Of a DNA stretch of 64,000 nt, positions 52,615 through 62,563 are shown one piece after another. A program made the translations under genes and the position numbers. The notes under the pieces were generated by a model. The model ran no database searches. It was not told the origin of the DNA and saw only the letters and a program-made list of their open reading frames with translations. Source of the stretch: Ignavibacteriota bacterium (GTDB lineage Bacteria; Bacteroidota; Ignavibacteria; UBA10030); contig CAVSHO010000007.1 in assembly GCA_963727825.1 (NCBI GenBank), positions 1 to 64,000 on the forward strand. Reading direction: 5' to 3'. Within the stretch, counting starts at the first letter, position 1. Each line of letters opens with the position of its first letter.

Positions 52615-52794
52615 AGTTTGATTTGTTTCTTCGATTTACACTATTTCTGTTATCGCGAAGAAAATATACGGAAAGCTGGTTTCAAAACAAAAGAAACTTA
52701 ATCGTTACAATGTTGCTGTATTTATTCATGCTTCATTTCATTATCGGAACAATCTTGTATGATATTTCGTCTTTCTATTAAGAAAGTTGTAACC

Positions 52795-52823
52795 TTGACA
52801 ATCACTTCAGTTTTGAGTACAAT
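52795..52823 (+). promoter_or_regulatory. Sigma70-like promoter
   Basis: TTGACA-17bp-TACAAT. Confidence 0.7.
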
Positions 52824-52841
52824 TGTTTCAGAAAATAAGGT

Positions 52842-53351
52842 GTGAAAGTGAATATCCTCATTAGAACAACGATGGTGCTTTTAATCATCAGTTCGATAGC
52901 TGTATGCCAATTCAGATCTCAACCGGAAGCGAGATCTTCAGCGGGGGAATCCTTACTTCGTCCTGACGATGGTGGATTACTTTTTGGATGGTTTGATCCA
53001 AATCGATTAACAATTCACAACAGTTATTCGCTCAGTTATACTACATCCGGCGGCAAAGGATATTCGCTTGGCGATCTGACAAGCAACATTGCATATCAGA
53101 TTTCAAATCCGCTTTCAGTGCAGTTCGATGTGAGTTTGTTGCATTCGCCGTTCAACAATATTGGCGGCAATTTTGCGAATGATATTTCCGGCATTTATTT
53201 AACACGAGCGGCATTAAATTATCAACCGAGTAAAAATATGTTCTTGCAAATCGAGTATCAACAATTACCCGCAATGTATTGGCTTAACAACTACGACAGA
53301 TTTGGTTTTATGCCGCGGTACGATAGAATCGAAGATGAGGAGAGTCACTGA
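52842..53351 (+). CDS. Exported hypothetical protein (beta-strand rich)
   Basis: Signal peptide, promoter and RBS; SYSLSY, LNYQPS motifs. Confidence 0.7.
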   Translation: MKVNILIRTTMVLLIISSIAVCQFRSQPEARSSAGESLLRPDDGGLLFGWFDPNRLTIHNSYSLSYTTSGGKGYSLGDLTSNIAYQISNPLSVQFDVSLLHSPFNNIGGNFANDISGIYLTRAALNYQPSKNMFLQIEYQQLPAMYWLNNYDRFGFMPRYDRIEDEESH

Positions 53352-53442
53352 ACTACGAGTTAAAACAAGTGTTTGCATGTGAACCGAGTCAGGCTGAATG
53401 CCTTGCTATCAGCTTTCTCGGTTCTTTTTTTATCAGGCAGGA

Positions 53443-53991
53443 ATGAAGCAAGACGAGCATTCCGACACTACTGTCCACCAAGACGTTGAATCTTCAGCAC
53501 CAAGTGAACATGTTCGCAAAAGCAATCGACTGACTGCATTGCACGGGAAGTTGATGAAGGGCACGCTTATAGTTCTAAGCGTGGCATTTTTCATTACAAT
53601 CTATGTTCTGGCGAACAGAAATAGCCACACTAGTAATAAGAACAATGAATTCATTCCGGTTGTGAACGGCCGCTCACTCGAAGTGGAAGTGTTGGATGGT
53701 GCAGGAAGTATGAACGCGGCACAACGAATAACAAATATCCTCCGTGTACAAGGTTATGATGTTGTAGAGATGAAGAAAAATAATAGCGGGATTGAAGAAC
53801 GTACTTTTATATTTGATCGTTCTGGTAACTTAGATGCTGCAAGAAAGCTTGCAACGATGCTCGGAATTTCCCAGGACAAAGTATTTCAGAAAATTGATCG
53901 TACACTCTATCTTGATATAACTGTAGTAATGGGAAAAGATTATTCCCAACTCAAAGCGTTTCAGTCATCCAATGAAAGGAATATACATTGA
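53443..53991 (+). CDS. LytR C-terminal domain protein
   Basis: TM segment then VEVLDGAG..A, GYDVV, DITVVMGKDY. Confidence 0.85.
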   Translation: MKQDEHSDTTVHQDVESSAPSEHVRKSNRLTALHGKLMKGTLIVLSVAFFITIYVLANRNSHTSNKNNEFIPVVNGRSLEVEVLDGAGSMNAAQRITNILRVQGYDVVEMKKNNSGIEERTFIFDRSGNLDAARKLATMLGISQDKVFQKIDRTLYLDITVVMGKDYSQLKAFQSSNERNIH

Positions 53992-54401
53992 CTGCACGTA
54001 TATTGGCAAAACAAATTGCCGATTTGATGATTTCAAAAAAGGCAATCGATGTTGTGATTTTAGATTTGAAGAAGCTTACAAGCGCTACAGACTATTTCGT
54101 AATTTGCTCTGCAGACTCGGATACGCAAGTTAAAGCCATCGCAGATTCGGTGCAGTATGGAACTGAAGCGATTGGCGAGCGCGTATGGCACCAAGAGGGC
54201 TATCACGCATTACGCTGGATTGTATTGGATTATGTTGATGTGGTTGTGCATGTTTTTCACAAAGAAGAAAGATCGTTTTACAATCTTGATCGTCTCTGGG
54301 GCGATGCAAAGAGAACTGAAGTGCAAGATCCATTAGATGCTTCAAAGCCGGTGGTAAGAAAACACGAAGCGATTATGCGCAAATTGACAAAGAAGAAGTA
54401 A
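53988..54401 (+). CDS. rsfS: Ribosome silencing factor
   Basis: KKAIDV, DYFVICSA, WIVLDYVDVVVHVF..R.FYNLDRLWGD. Confidence 0.96.
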   Translation: MTARILAKQIADLMISKKAIDVVILDLKKLTSATDYFVICSADSDTQVKAIADSVQYGTEAIGERVWHQEGYHALRWIVLDYVDVVVHVFHKEERSFYNLDRLWGDAKRTEVQDPLDASKPVVRKHEAIMRKLTKKK

Positions 54402-54412
54402 ATAGAAACAGA

Positions 54413-56067
54413 ATGAAAAAGTATCTTACAGAAAAAGTTAATGTTGTGCTCAAATCACTTTTGTACAGCGATCTTGCAAAGTTGACATTTGAAAAGCCGA
54501 AGGATGAGGCGCACGGCGATATCACAACTAACATAGCAATGTTGTTGGCAAAATTAGTAAAGAAAAATCCGCGCACGGTGGCGCAAGAAATTATTAACAA
54601 GCTTGAAGTGGAACAGAAGTATATATCGAAAATTGAAATTGCGGGGCCAGGTTTTATTAATTTTTATTTTTTAGACGAATTCTTCACTGCTCAAATTGAC
54701 GAGATTCTCAAACACGCAGAATCGTTCGGAAAAGTAAATATTGGCAATGGGAAGAAAACGCAAGTGGAGTATGTAAGTGCGAATCCGACCGGGCCGTTAA
54801 GTGTTGGTCATGGCCGCCAAGCGGCGATTGGAGATACGATAGCGAATCTGCTTGTGTGGACGGGACATGATGTTACCCGGGAATATTATTACAACAATGC
54901 GGGCCGCCAAATGCGTATGCTTGCAGAATCAACTTATGCGCGGTACCGGCAATTGTTCGATTTTTCATACGCATTTCCAGAAGATGGCTATCAAGGCGAC
55001 TATATCCGCGAAATTTCAGATGATTTAAAAAATGATCGCGGCGATTCCCTAGTTACAATGTCATTAGAAGATGCTTTAGCAGTGTGCAAAGAATTTGCAG
55101 AAAAGGAATTATTTCAAGCAATTAAAACAGTGCTTGCGCGAATGGGTGTTGTGCATGATGTTTTCTTTAATGAAGATTCGCTTTATAAGAGCGGAAAGAT
55201 TGAAGAAGTGATTGCAGAATTCCGTAATAAAGGACTCGCGTATGATCAGGATGGCGCAATCTGGTTGAAGACGAGTGCACTCGGGCTTGATCAGGATCGC
55301 GTTATTGTCAAGTCCACAGGCGAACCGACATATCGCTTGCCGGATATTGCGTACCATCGTGAAAAATTCCGGCGCGGCTTTGAACTTATTGTAGACGTCT
55401 TCGGCGCAGATCACATTGCTACGATTCCGGACGTCCTTGCTGGAATAAAAGCGCTTGGTTACGAACCTGAGAAAGTCAAGGTTGTAATTCACCAGTTCGT
55501 AACGCTTATGCGCGATGGCGAACAAGTTAAAATGTCCAAGCGGCTTGCGAATTTTGTAACACTTGATGAATTGATAGATGAAGTCGGTTCAGATGCAGTA
55601 CCGATTCTTTTTTCTGATGCGTTCTATCTCCAGCCATTTGGAATTCGATTTAAATCTTGCTAAAGAACAATCGGAAAAAAACCCGGTTTATTACTTGCAA
55701 TATGCTCATGCCCGAATTGCCAGCATACTTCGTTTTGCAGAAGAACAAGGGACGTTTAAGGCGTCAGATTCTTTTGCAGGCATCGATTATAGCTTGCTCA
55801 AAGGACCGACTGAAATCGCGCTGACAAAACTACTCCTTGATTTCCCTGAGACTATTGAATTTTGCGCAATGAGCTTTGAACCGCACAGACTTGACGACGT
55901 ATTTACAAGATGTTGCCACCGCATTTCATAAGTTCTATCACGAACACCGTATTGTAATCCCCGAATTGGATATTGCGAAAGCACGGCTTGCCCTCTGCCT
56001 TGCTACGAAAATGGTACTCGCAAATGGATGCAAAATCCTCGGGATTTCCGCTCCTGAGCGGATGTAA
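54413..56067 (+). CDS. argS: Arginyl-tRNA synthetase (two apparent frameshifts at ~55600 and ~55890)
   Basis: [56 protein letters not shown]. Confidence 0.96.
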
Positions 56068-56068
56068 G

Positions 56069-56179
56069 AGTAGTGTCTCAATTTAATGTTAATGGCGAGT
56101 GATGTCAGGAGTTTCCTCCTGACATCCAACAGGATCGGTCAGGACGTAAGTCCTGACCGCACGAAACTGAGACACTACC
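56069..56179. mobile_element. 111-bp MITE with 8-bp target-site duplication and two internal hairpins
   Basis: TIRs GTAGTGTCTCAATTT (56070) and AAACTGAGACACTAC (56164), 14/15 match; GATGTAAG at 56061-68 and 56180-87; hairpins at 56101-56126 and 56136-56159. Confidence 0.85.
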
Positions 56180-56194
56180 GATGTAAGTAAGCCG

Positions 56195-56223
56195 TTGACA
56201 TTTGTAAATTATTTCTGTAGCTT
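56195..56223 (+). promoter_or_regulatory. Sigma70-like promoter of the polysaccharide locus
   Basis: TTGACA-17bp-TAGCTT. Confidence 0.5.
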
Positions 56224-56412
56224 CTTATCAACAAAAATTAATAAAAGGTTATCGAATCCTCCCATTGTTACTGCGTTTGTAGTACTTCTAATGTCACATT
56301 GAACGTTTAAATTCGTCCCTGAAGAGACGAATTATATTTTCCTTTATTTAAAAGACCGTACTTAAATGCCGTGTTTTGAAATACGGGCATTCTTTTGTAG
56401 ATTTATGCGAGA

Positions 56413-56898
56413 ATGGCAATGATTAGCTTCAAAAATGGTATTATTCATGATGTAATTATCCGTGATTTGGCGAAATACGAAGATAATCGCGGCTGGCTGA
56501 TGGAATTGTTCCGGAACGATTTAATTTTGGAAGAATTTCTTCCCGCTATGTCGTACATCTCGCAGACAGAACCAGGCATTACACGCGGGCCGCATGAACA
56601 TAAAGATCAGGCAGATTTGTTTTGCTTTATCGGGCCATCCACTTTTCGGTTGTATTTGTGGGATGCCCGAAAAGATTCACCCACATTTGGACATAGGATG
56701 GTTCTAGATTCCGGAGAACATAAACCACAGGTGGTAATAGTTCCAGCCGGAGTTGTCCATGCTTATAAGAATATTGAATCAAAACCAGGGTGGGTCATTA
56801 ATCTTCCGAACAGATTATATGCAGGTAAAGGACGCAAAGAAGTGGTCGATGAAATTCGACATGAAAGCGACCCAAATTCACCGTTTCAACTGGATTAA
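56413..56898 (+). CDS. rfbC: dTDP-4-dehydrorhamnose 3,5-epimerase
   Basis: DNRGWLMELFR, RGPHEH, DARKDSPTFG, VPAGVVHAY. Confidence 0.88.
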   Translation: MAMISFKNGIIHDVIIRDLAKYEDNRGWLMELFRNDLILEEFLPAMSYISQTEPGITRGPHEHKDQADLFCFIGPSTFRLYLWDARKDSPTFGHRMVLDSGEHKPQVVIVPAGVVHAYKNIESKPGWVINLPNRLYAGKGRKEVVDEIRHESDPNSPFQLD

Positions 56899-56904
56899 CT
56901 CTTT

Positions 56905-57930
56905 ATGAATCTTCTTGTCACAGGCGGTGCGGGTTTCATCGGCAGCAATTTTATCCGATATATTTTGGAAAAATATCCGGAATACCGTGTTATCAATTTT
57001 GATAAGCTCACTTATGCAGGCAATCTTGAAAACTTAACCGGCGTCGATAAAGATCCGCGTTATGCATTTGAGAAAGGCGACATCTGTGATAAAACCAGAG
57101 TGCAGATGTGCGTAGTGCGATATGAGATTGATGCGATTGTTCATTTTGCAGCGGAGTCACATGTCGATCGGAGTATTCTTGGCGCATCAGAATTTGTAAA
57201 GACGAATATAGCAGGCACGAATATTCTGTTGGAAGTAGCAAAAGAAATGAAGATCAAACGGTTCCTGCAAGTCTCTACAGATGAAGTATACGGGTCACTT
57301 AGTGCCACAGGATTATTCACGGAAGAAACACCTCTACATCCCAACAGCCCGTATTCTGCAAGCAAGGCCTCTGCAGATATGCTTGCGTTGGCATATCAAC
57401 ATACTTTCGGTGTGCCGATTATTGTAACGCGCTGTTCGAACAATTACGGCCCATATCAATTTCCAGAGAAACTGATTCCATTAATGATAGCAAATGCGCT
57501 TAACGACAGACCATTGCCGGTTTACGGGGATGGAATGAATGTGCGCGATTGGCTTCAAGTAAAAGATCATTGTTCTGCAATTGATACGGTATTGCATCGA
57601 GGGCGCATTGGTGAAGTATATAATATTGGCGGAAACAATGAGAAGGCGAATATTGAAATCGTGAAGCTGATTTTAAAAAATCTCAATAAACCGGAATCGC
57701 TAATCACCTACGTGAAAGATCGCCCTGGACACGATAGGCGATACGCAATTGATTCAAGCAAAATTCAGAATGAGTTTGGATGGAAACCTGCATATACGTT
57801 TGAGAGTGGTATTGCAGAGACGATAAAATGGTACGTTGACAACCAGCAATGGTGGAAACGGATTATTAGTGGGGAATACCAGAAATATTATCAGACGATG
57901 TATGGTGGCAGAGAAGTAATAAAGAATTGA
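56905..57930 (+). CDS. rfbB: dTDP-glucose 4,6-dehydratase
   Basis: [47 protein letters not shown]. Confidence 0.97.
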   Translation: MNLLVTGGAGFIGSNFIRYILEKYPEYRVINFDKLTYAGNLENLTGVDKDPRYAFEKGDICDKTRVQMCVVRYEIDAIVHFAAESHVDRSILGASEFVKTNIAGTNILLEVAKEMKIKRFLQVSTDEVYGSLSATGLFTEETPLHPNSPYSASKASADMLALAYQHTFGVPIIVTRCSNNYGPYQFPEKLIPLMIANALNDRPLPVYGDGMNVRDWLQVKDHCSAIDTVLHRGRIGEVYNIGGNNEKANIEIVKLILKNLNKPESLITYVKDRPGHDRRYAIDSSKIQNEFGWKPAYTFESGIAETIKWYVDNQQWWKRIISGEYQKYYQTMYGGREVIKN

Positions 57931-57991
57931 AAAATAAGAAAATGAGAATTCAAGAAATTGAAATCACCGCTCAGCAAAAGGCAATGTAACT

Positions 57992-59725
57992 ATGACGATG
58001 AAAACTAAGTTATCTCGTTTTTGGAAAATCAGATTCGTTATTTTCAATCTGATTGCTTTATCCTGTTTTATTTCATTTTCCATTGCACAATGGAAGACAG
58101 ATGCAAAGAAAGAATCACAGTCGGAGGAATTAAAGACAGACTCAGACCTGAAAAGCATGATACAAACGCCCGTCAATAATGTACCGGCTTTGGAAGGGCC
58201 TGTAGATCCGGAAAAATATTTTATCGGACCGTCCGATATTCTTTCTGTGAACATATGGGTAAGCCCGCCTCTCAATTTTTCCCTTACTGTAACACCCGAA
58301 GGTACTCTCATTATCCCTACGATAGGAGAAGTTCGTATTACAGATTTACCATTGGGAGAGGCAAAAAAGAGGGTTATTGATGAAATTAAAAAGAAATATC
58401 TCACTGGAACGCCGTCCGTCACACTTCTTCGTCCAAGACAAATAACCGTCACTGTTACAGGTGCAGTTCGCAATCCTGGCAAACATGTGCTCTATGCTAC
58501 AGATCGAGTAGATAAAGCTGTATTGACAGCTGATATAAATCAAAAAGACATATTATCGGAACCTACAGTCACAACAAATACAGCAGGTATCCGAAAAGAT
58601 GAAGCCGAGGAATTTGACGAGCGCAAACAGTCCAAACGAGATATTCATCTTACGCGACGTACAGGAGAAATATTCTATGCTGATGTCCTTCGCTACTACG
58701 CCACCAAGGATGATCAATGGAATCCGCTACTTCGTGAAGGTGATGAAATATTTGTCCCCCGCATTGATCCGAAAAAAAATGTTTTTGCGGTCTACGGCGG
58801 AGTCAATATGCCAGGTAGTTTTGAGTTGATGGAAGGAGACAGCCTCCTGAACGCAATTGAATTATCATACGGTTTTACTGGGCGCGCACAAAAGGATAGC
58901 ATTGTCCTGTATAGGTATAATGTGCAAACAGGCAAACAAGATTTATCGTATTACAATTTTGATCAGGTTAAAAGTGGTACCACAAATAATGTGAAGCTTA
59001 TTTCCGGTGATCGCATTGTCGTCAAGGAACGACCGGATGTTCGAGAAGATTACCACGTTTTTATCGATGGTGAGGTTCGATATCCCGGTACGTATCCGAT
59101 CACAAAAGAAAATACGAAGCTGTCGACAGTTATCGAATGGGCAGGCGGATTTACAGAATTTGCTTCCCTTGGTTCTTCAGAGGTTGTTCGAAATGCAGTA
59201 CCATCTAATGAACAATCGTTTGAACGTGCTCTCAGCTATAGAGGCAGTGCTATGATCGAAGATTCTACTGATTATAGAATTGAAAGTGAACTTCGGATGA
59301 TTCACGAGGCGATTAGTGTAAACTTTATTGATTTATTCCTCAAAAAAGATACAACAAAAGATATAGTACTCCAGCATGGTGACTGGATTAGAATCCCTTC
59401 AACGCGGAAGACTATATATGTATTCGGACAAGTAGTATTGCCAGGGAATGTCCCTTTTGTACTGGGTGCGGGATACAAACAGTACATCGAGAAAGCTGGT
59501 GGATATACAGACAATGCGAGAACGGGTAGTGTTATGATTATCAAACGAGTAACACGCCAATGGCTCTCACCTAGCGACACCGAAATTGAAGAAGGAGATT
59601 GCATTTGGATACCCAAAGTTCCGGAGCGGTCGTCAATATATTATTGGAATATTATAGGTCAGATGGCATCGATTGTTAGTGTTGCGGTTAGCATTGTATT
59701 GTTGACCATACAATTAAACAAATGA
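57992..59725 (+). CDS. Polysaccharide export protein with SLBB domains (Wza/KpsD-like)
   Basis: YFIGPSDIL, VTPEG..IPTIG, repeated V.G.V..PG motifs, YIEKAGGY. Confidence 0.9.
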   Translation: MTMKTKLSRFWKIRFVIFNLIALSCFISFSIAQWKTDAKKESQSEELKTDSDLKSMIQTPVNNVPALEGPVDPEKYFIGPSDILSVNIWVSPPLNFSLTVTPEGTLIIPTIGEVRITDLPLGEAKKRVIDEIKKKYLTGTPSVTLLRPRQITVTVTGAVRNPGKHVLYATDRVDKAVLTADINQKDILSEPTVTTNTAGIRKDEAEEFDERKQSKRDIHLTRRTGEIFYADVLRYYATKDDQWNPLLREGDEIFVPRIDPKKNVFAVYGGVNMPGSFELMEGDSLLNAIELSYGFTGRAQKDSIVLYRYNVQTGKQDLSYYNFDQVKSGTTNNVKLISGDRIVVKERPDVREDYHVFIDGEVRYPGTYPITKENTKLSTVIEWAGGFTEFASLGSSEVVRNAVPSNEQSFERALSYRGSAMIEDSTDYRIESELRMIHEAISVNFIDLFLKKDTTKDIVLQHGDWIRIPSTRKTIYVFGQVVLPGNVPFVLGAGYKQYIEKAGGYTDNARTGSVMIIKRVTRQWLSPSDTEIEEGDCIWIPKVPERSSIYYWNIIGQMASIVSVAVSIVLLTIQLNK

Positions 59726-59818
59726 GATAGATAAATAAACTTCGAAGGATTCTTTTTTTGGGATTGCGAGAGTAACTCTAATATGCGGAACATTAATAGT
59801 AATCATTAAGAGAAAAAA

Positions 59819-61090
59819 ATGGATGACAAAAATTTCGATGAGACTGAAGATGTAAGTACTGTCGAGTACTCTTCGACAATAGAAATGTTATTAAATCTAC
59901 TAGTGCGATGGCACAGGATTTTTTTATGGTGCGTCCTCATCAGCGTAGTAGTCTCTACAATTGTGGCGTTTTTAATAACTCCCAAGTTCAAATCTACTGC
60001 GACTGTTTTTCCTGCTGAACGCACGGATCTCTTTGGAGCGCTTGAAGGAGTCTCATCACAATTGAAGTCGTTATCTTCAGCCAAAGGCCTTGCATCATTA
60101 GCTGGAAATGTAGAGTTAGATAAGTATATGATCATTCTGAAGAGTGGGCGTGTTCTCGGCGCAGTGATAAATCGGTTTGATCTTGTGCACGTGTATAATA
60201 TAACATCGTACCCCATGGAAAAAACGGCGCTGGAGCTTCTTGACAACGTGGATTTTACAACGGAGGAAGAAAGTAGTCTCTCGATCACCGTGTATGATGA
60301 AGATCCACGACGTGCAGCTGATATGGCCAATTTCTTTGTTTCGGAATTGAGTAAGACAAATACTGAATTACAAATTCAAGATGCTCGAGCCAATCGAAGT
60401 TTTATAGAGGATCGTTATAACCGGAACCTCGTAGATCTTGCTGCTGCTGAAGATTCACTGCGTGTATTCCAAAAAAGGTATGGTGTGATTAGCATGCCCG
60501 AGCAAACTGAGGCCACGATAAAAGCGGCTGCTGAGATTGCGGGACAATTAGTCGTCAAAGAAGTCCAACTCGAGGTTGAAAAAAGGACGAATACACCAAA
60601 CCACCCATCCGTGATAGCAACAACCCTTGAGGTGCAAGAATTACGCAAAAAGATCCACCAGATGAATGACCAGGTGCACGAAGGTGAAACATCTATGAAG
60701 GTGTTAATTCCATTTGCGCAAATTCCCGATCTTGGTTCTGAGTATTTACGCAGATTTAGAAATGTAGAAATTCAATATAAAATCCTCCAATTTATAACTC
60801 CGATTTACGAACAAGCCAAAGTCGAAGAACAGCGTAATACTCCTTCCGTCGTTGTTCTTGATCGTGCTATGCCCGCCGAACGCAAGTCGCGACCCAAAAG
60901 AATCCTCGTTATTTTAGGTGGTGTTTTATTAGGGTTGTTGAGCACGTTTGGATATGCGGTGCTTTCCGATCGTTGGATGCTGGAAAAAAAGATGAATACT
61001 TCATTTTATCAGTCCTCCATACAACTCGCTGATGCCATTAAATCTGATATGCATACAGTCCGATTATGGATGCGAAAGAAAAAGGAATAA
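59819..61090 (+). CDS. Polysaccharide co-polymerase (Wzz/GumC-like, no kinase domain)
   Basis: Two TM segments, P.FKSTAT, coiled coil, YEQAK, VLDRAMPAERKSRPKR. Confidence 0.88.
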   Translation: MDDKNFDETEDVSTVEYSSTIEMLLNLLVRWHRIFLWCVLISVVVSTIVAFLITPKFKSTATVFPAERTDLFGALEGVSSQLKSLSSAKGLASLAGNVELDKYMIILKSGRVLGAVINRFDLVHVYNITSYPMEKTALELLDNVDFTTEEESSLSITVYDEDPRRAADMANFFVSELSKTNTELQIQDARANRSFIEDRYNRNLVDLAAAEDSLRVFQKRYGVISMPEQTEATIKAAAEIAGQLVVKEVQLEVEKRTNTPNHPSVIATTLEVQELRKKIHQMNDQVHEGETSMKVLIPFAQIPDLGSEYLRRFRNVEIQYKILQFITPIYEQAKVEEQRNTPSVVVLDRAMPAERKSRPKRILVILGGVLLGLLSTFGYAVLSDRWMLEKKMNTSFYQSSIQLADAIKSDMHTVRLWMRKKKE

Positions 61091-61106
61091 TAATACCACC
61101 ACATCA

Positions 61107-62561
61107 ATGCAATCATTCCTTTTGAACACACAAGAATATGATGGAGAAATCACATCTTCCACTAAAAGCGTTCTTTTAATTGCTGTATCGATCCTTTGTA
61201 CAATCCTTGGCACGTATGCACTCAGTATCATTTATAATGGGACGTTTTATTATTTCTTAACCTTTTTTTGTCTCATTGTCCTCGTTCTGGCATTAATCCG
61301 TTTTGATCTCGCTTTACTGTTCGTCCCGCTCACGCTCACCAATCCCTACACTCTTACAGAAACTGGCACAAATTTACATATATCAGAGCTGGTATTACTC
61401 ATCATATTTTTTGTGTGGCTGATCCGACAGGCAATATCAGGAGAGGCAATTAGTATACCCAAACGATTTCTGATTCCCTCACTGATGATTATTGGTGCGG
61501 CACTGCTCTCTCTTTTGGCAGCTCGTTTTCTAGTCGCTGGTATTCAGCAAGTCGTACGGTACATCGAAATTTTCATACTCTTTTTCATTATTGTACTACA
61601 AAACTACAAGACCGAGAAATCAATAAGACAACTTTTGCTACTTCTTATTATCGGTGGATTGATTGCATCGTTAATCGGACTGGGTCAATTTATTACAGGC
61701 ACTCTCACAAAAGGAGTGACGCGAAGAATATTCGGATGGCATGGAGGGGGGTACGGAGCTTTGATCGCTTCAACAATTCTTCTTTCCATTTGTTCATTAT
61801 TCTATAAGCATGATAAGGTTTTAAAGATATGGGCGATTATTACTATACCATTTGCTGGACTGGCATTAATTCTCAGTCAAACGAGAGCTTGGATAGGTGC
61901 ATTGGTAGTTGCACTTGCTTTTATGCTCCTCTGGACGAGACGGGATGTGATTAAAAAGATTTTTTTAATGCTTGTATTGGTCATCGGCATTATTGTTCTG
62001 GTACTTCAAACTCAAGCGTTCGGCCTTGTAGACAATTTGTATCTCCAGGCAGCGATAGAGAAAGCGTTTAAATTTGGGTTCGCTTCAGGAAAATTGAATT
62101 CCGACCAAATGTCGATTTTAATGCGGCTCAACGTATGGCGTTCAGCAATTGTACAATATCTGCACCATCCATTGACCGGTATTGGAGTCGGGAACTTGCG
62201 TGTTGTCGATTATTTTTCAGCTCGGCTGGGAAATCCTACGGAAGGCATCGGTGGATACATTGACAATCAATATATCCAGTTTTTCGCAGAAGCTGGTACA
62301 TTTGCAGGAGTAGCCTGGATTATGTATATCGTATACTCATTAAGTCTCGGGTTGCGAAATATTAGAACTACTGTAGGAACAAATCTTTTTCCTCCTGCTA
62401 TGGGCTTTTTTTTATCTCTCCTCATTTTTGTCATCGGAGGTTTTTTTTGGGTTATCACACCTCAACATGAGTTGTTCGCTTTAATGAGCTTGTATGTTGG
62501 AATATTATACAATCTAGGAGAATTGGCAAAGAAAGAAAAAAGGAGTGGTGAAGGAATATAA
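61107..62561 (+). CDS. O-antigen ligase/Wzy polymerase family protein
   Basis: Many TM segments, SQTRAWIG, R..W..HPLTGIGVGN, DNQYIQFFAEAG. Confidence 0.85.
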   Translation: MQSFLLNTQEYDGEITSSTKSVLLIAVSILCTILGTYALSIIYNGTFYYFLTFFCLIVLVLALIRFDLALLFVPLTLTNPYTLTETGTNLHISELVLLIIFFVWLIRQAISGEAISIPKRFLIPSLMIIGAALLSLLAARFLVAGIQQVVRYIEIFILFFIIVLQNYKTEKSIRQLLLLLIIGGLIASLIGLGQFITGTLTKGVTRRIFGWHGGGYGALIASTILLSICSLFYKHDKVLKIWAIITIPFAGLALILSQTRAWIGALVVALAFMLLWTRRDVIKKIFLMLVLVIGIIVLVLQTQAFGLVDNLYLQAAIEKAFKFGFASGKLNSDQMSILMRLNVWRSAIVQYLHHPLTGIGVGNLRVVDYFSARLGNPTEGIGGYIDNQYIQFFAEAGTFAGVAWIMYIVYSLSLGLRNIRTTVGTNLFPPAMGFFLSLLIFVIGGFFWVITPQHELFALMSLYVGILYNLGELAKKEKRSGEGI

Positions 62562-62563
62562 GT

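Noticed and set aside
49814-56067. Programmed frameshifting or true pseudogenes in polA and argS
   Set aside because: These are normally essential genes, there are no slippery heptamers at the breaks, and indels are common across the window, so sequencing error is the simpler explanation.
56224-56412. ops/JUMPstart element or riboswitch upstream of rfbC
   Set aside because: There is no GGCGGTAG motif; only two short hairpins, which is not enough to call an element.
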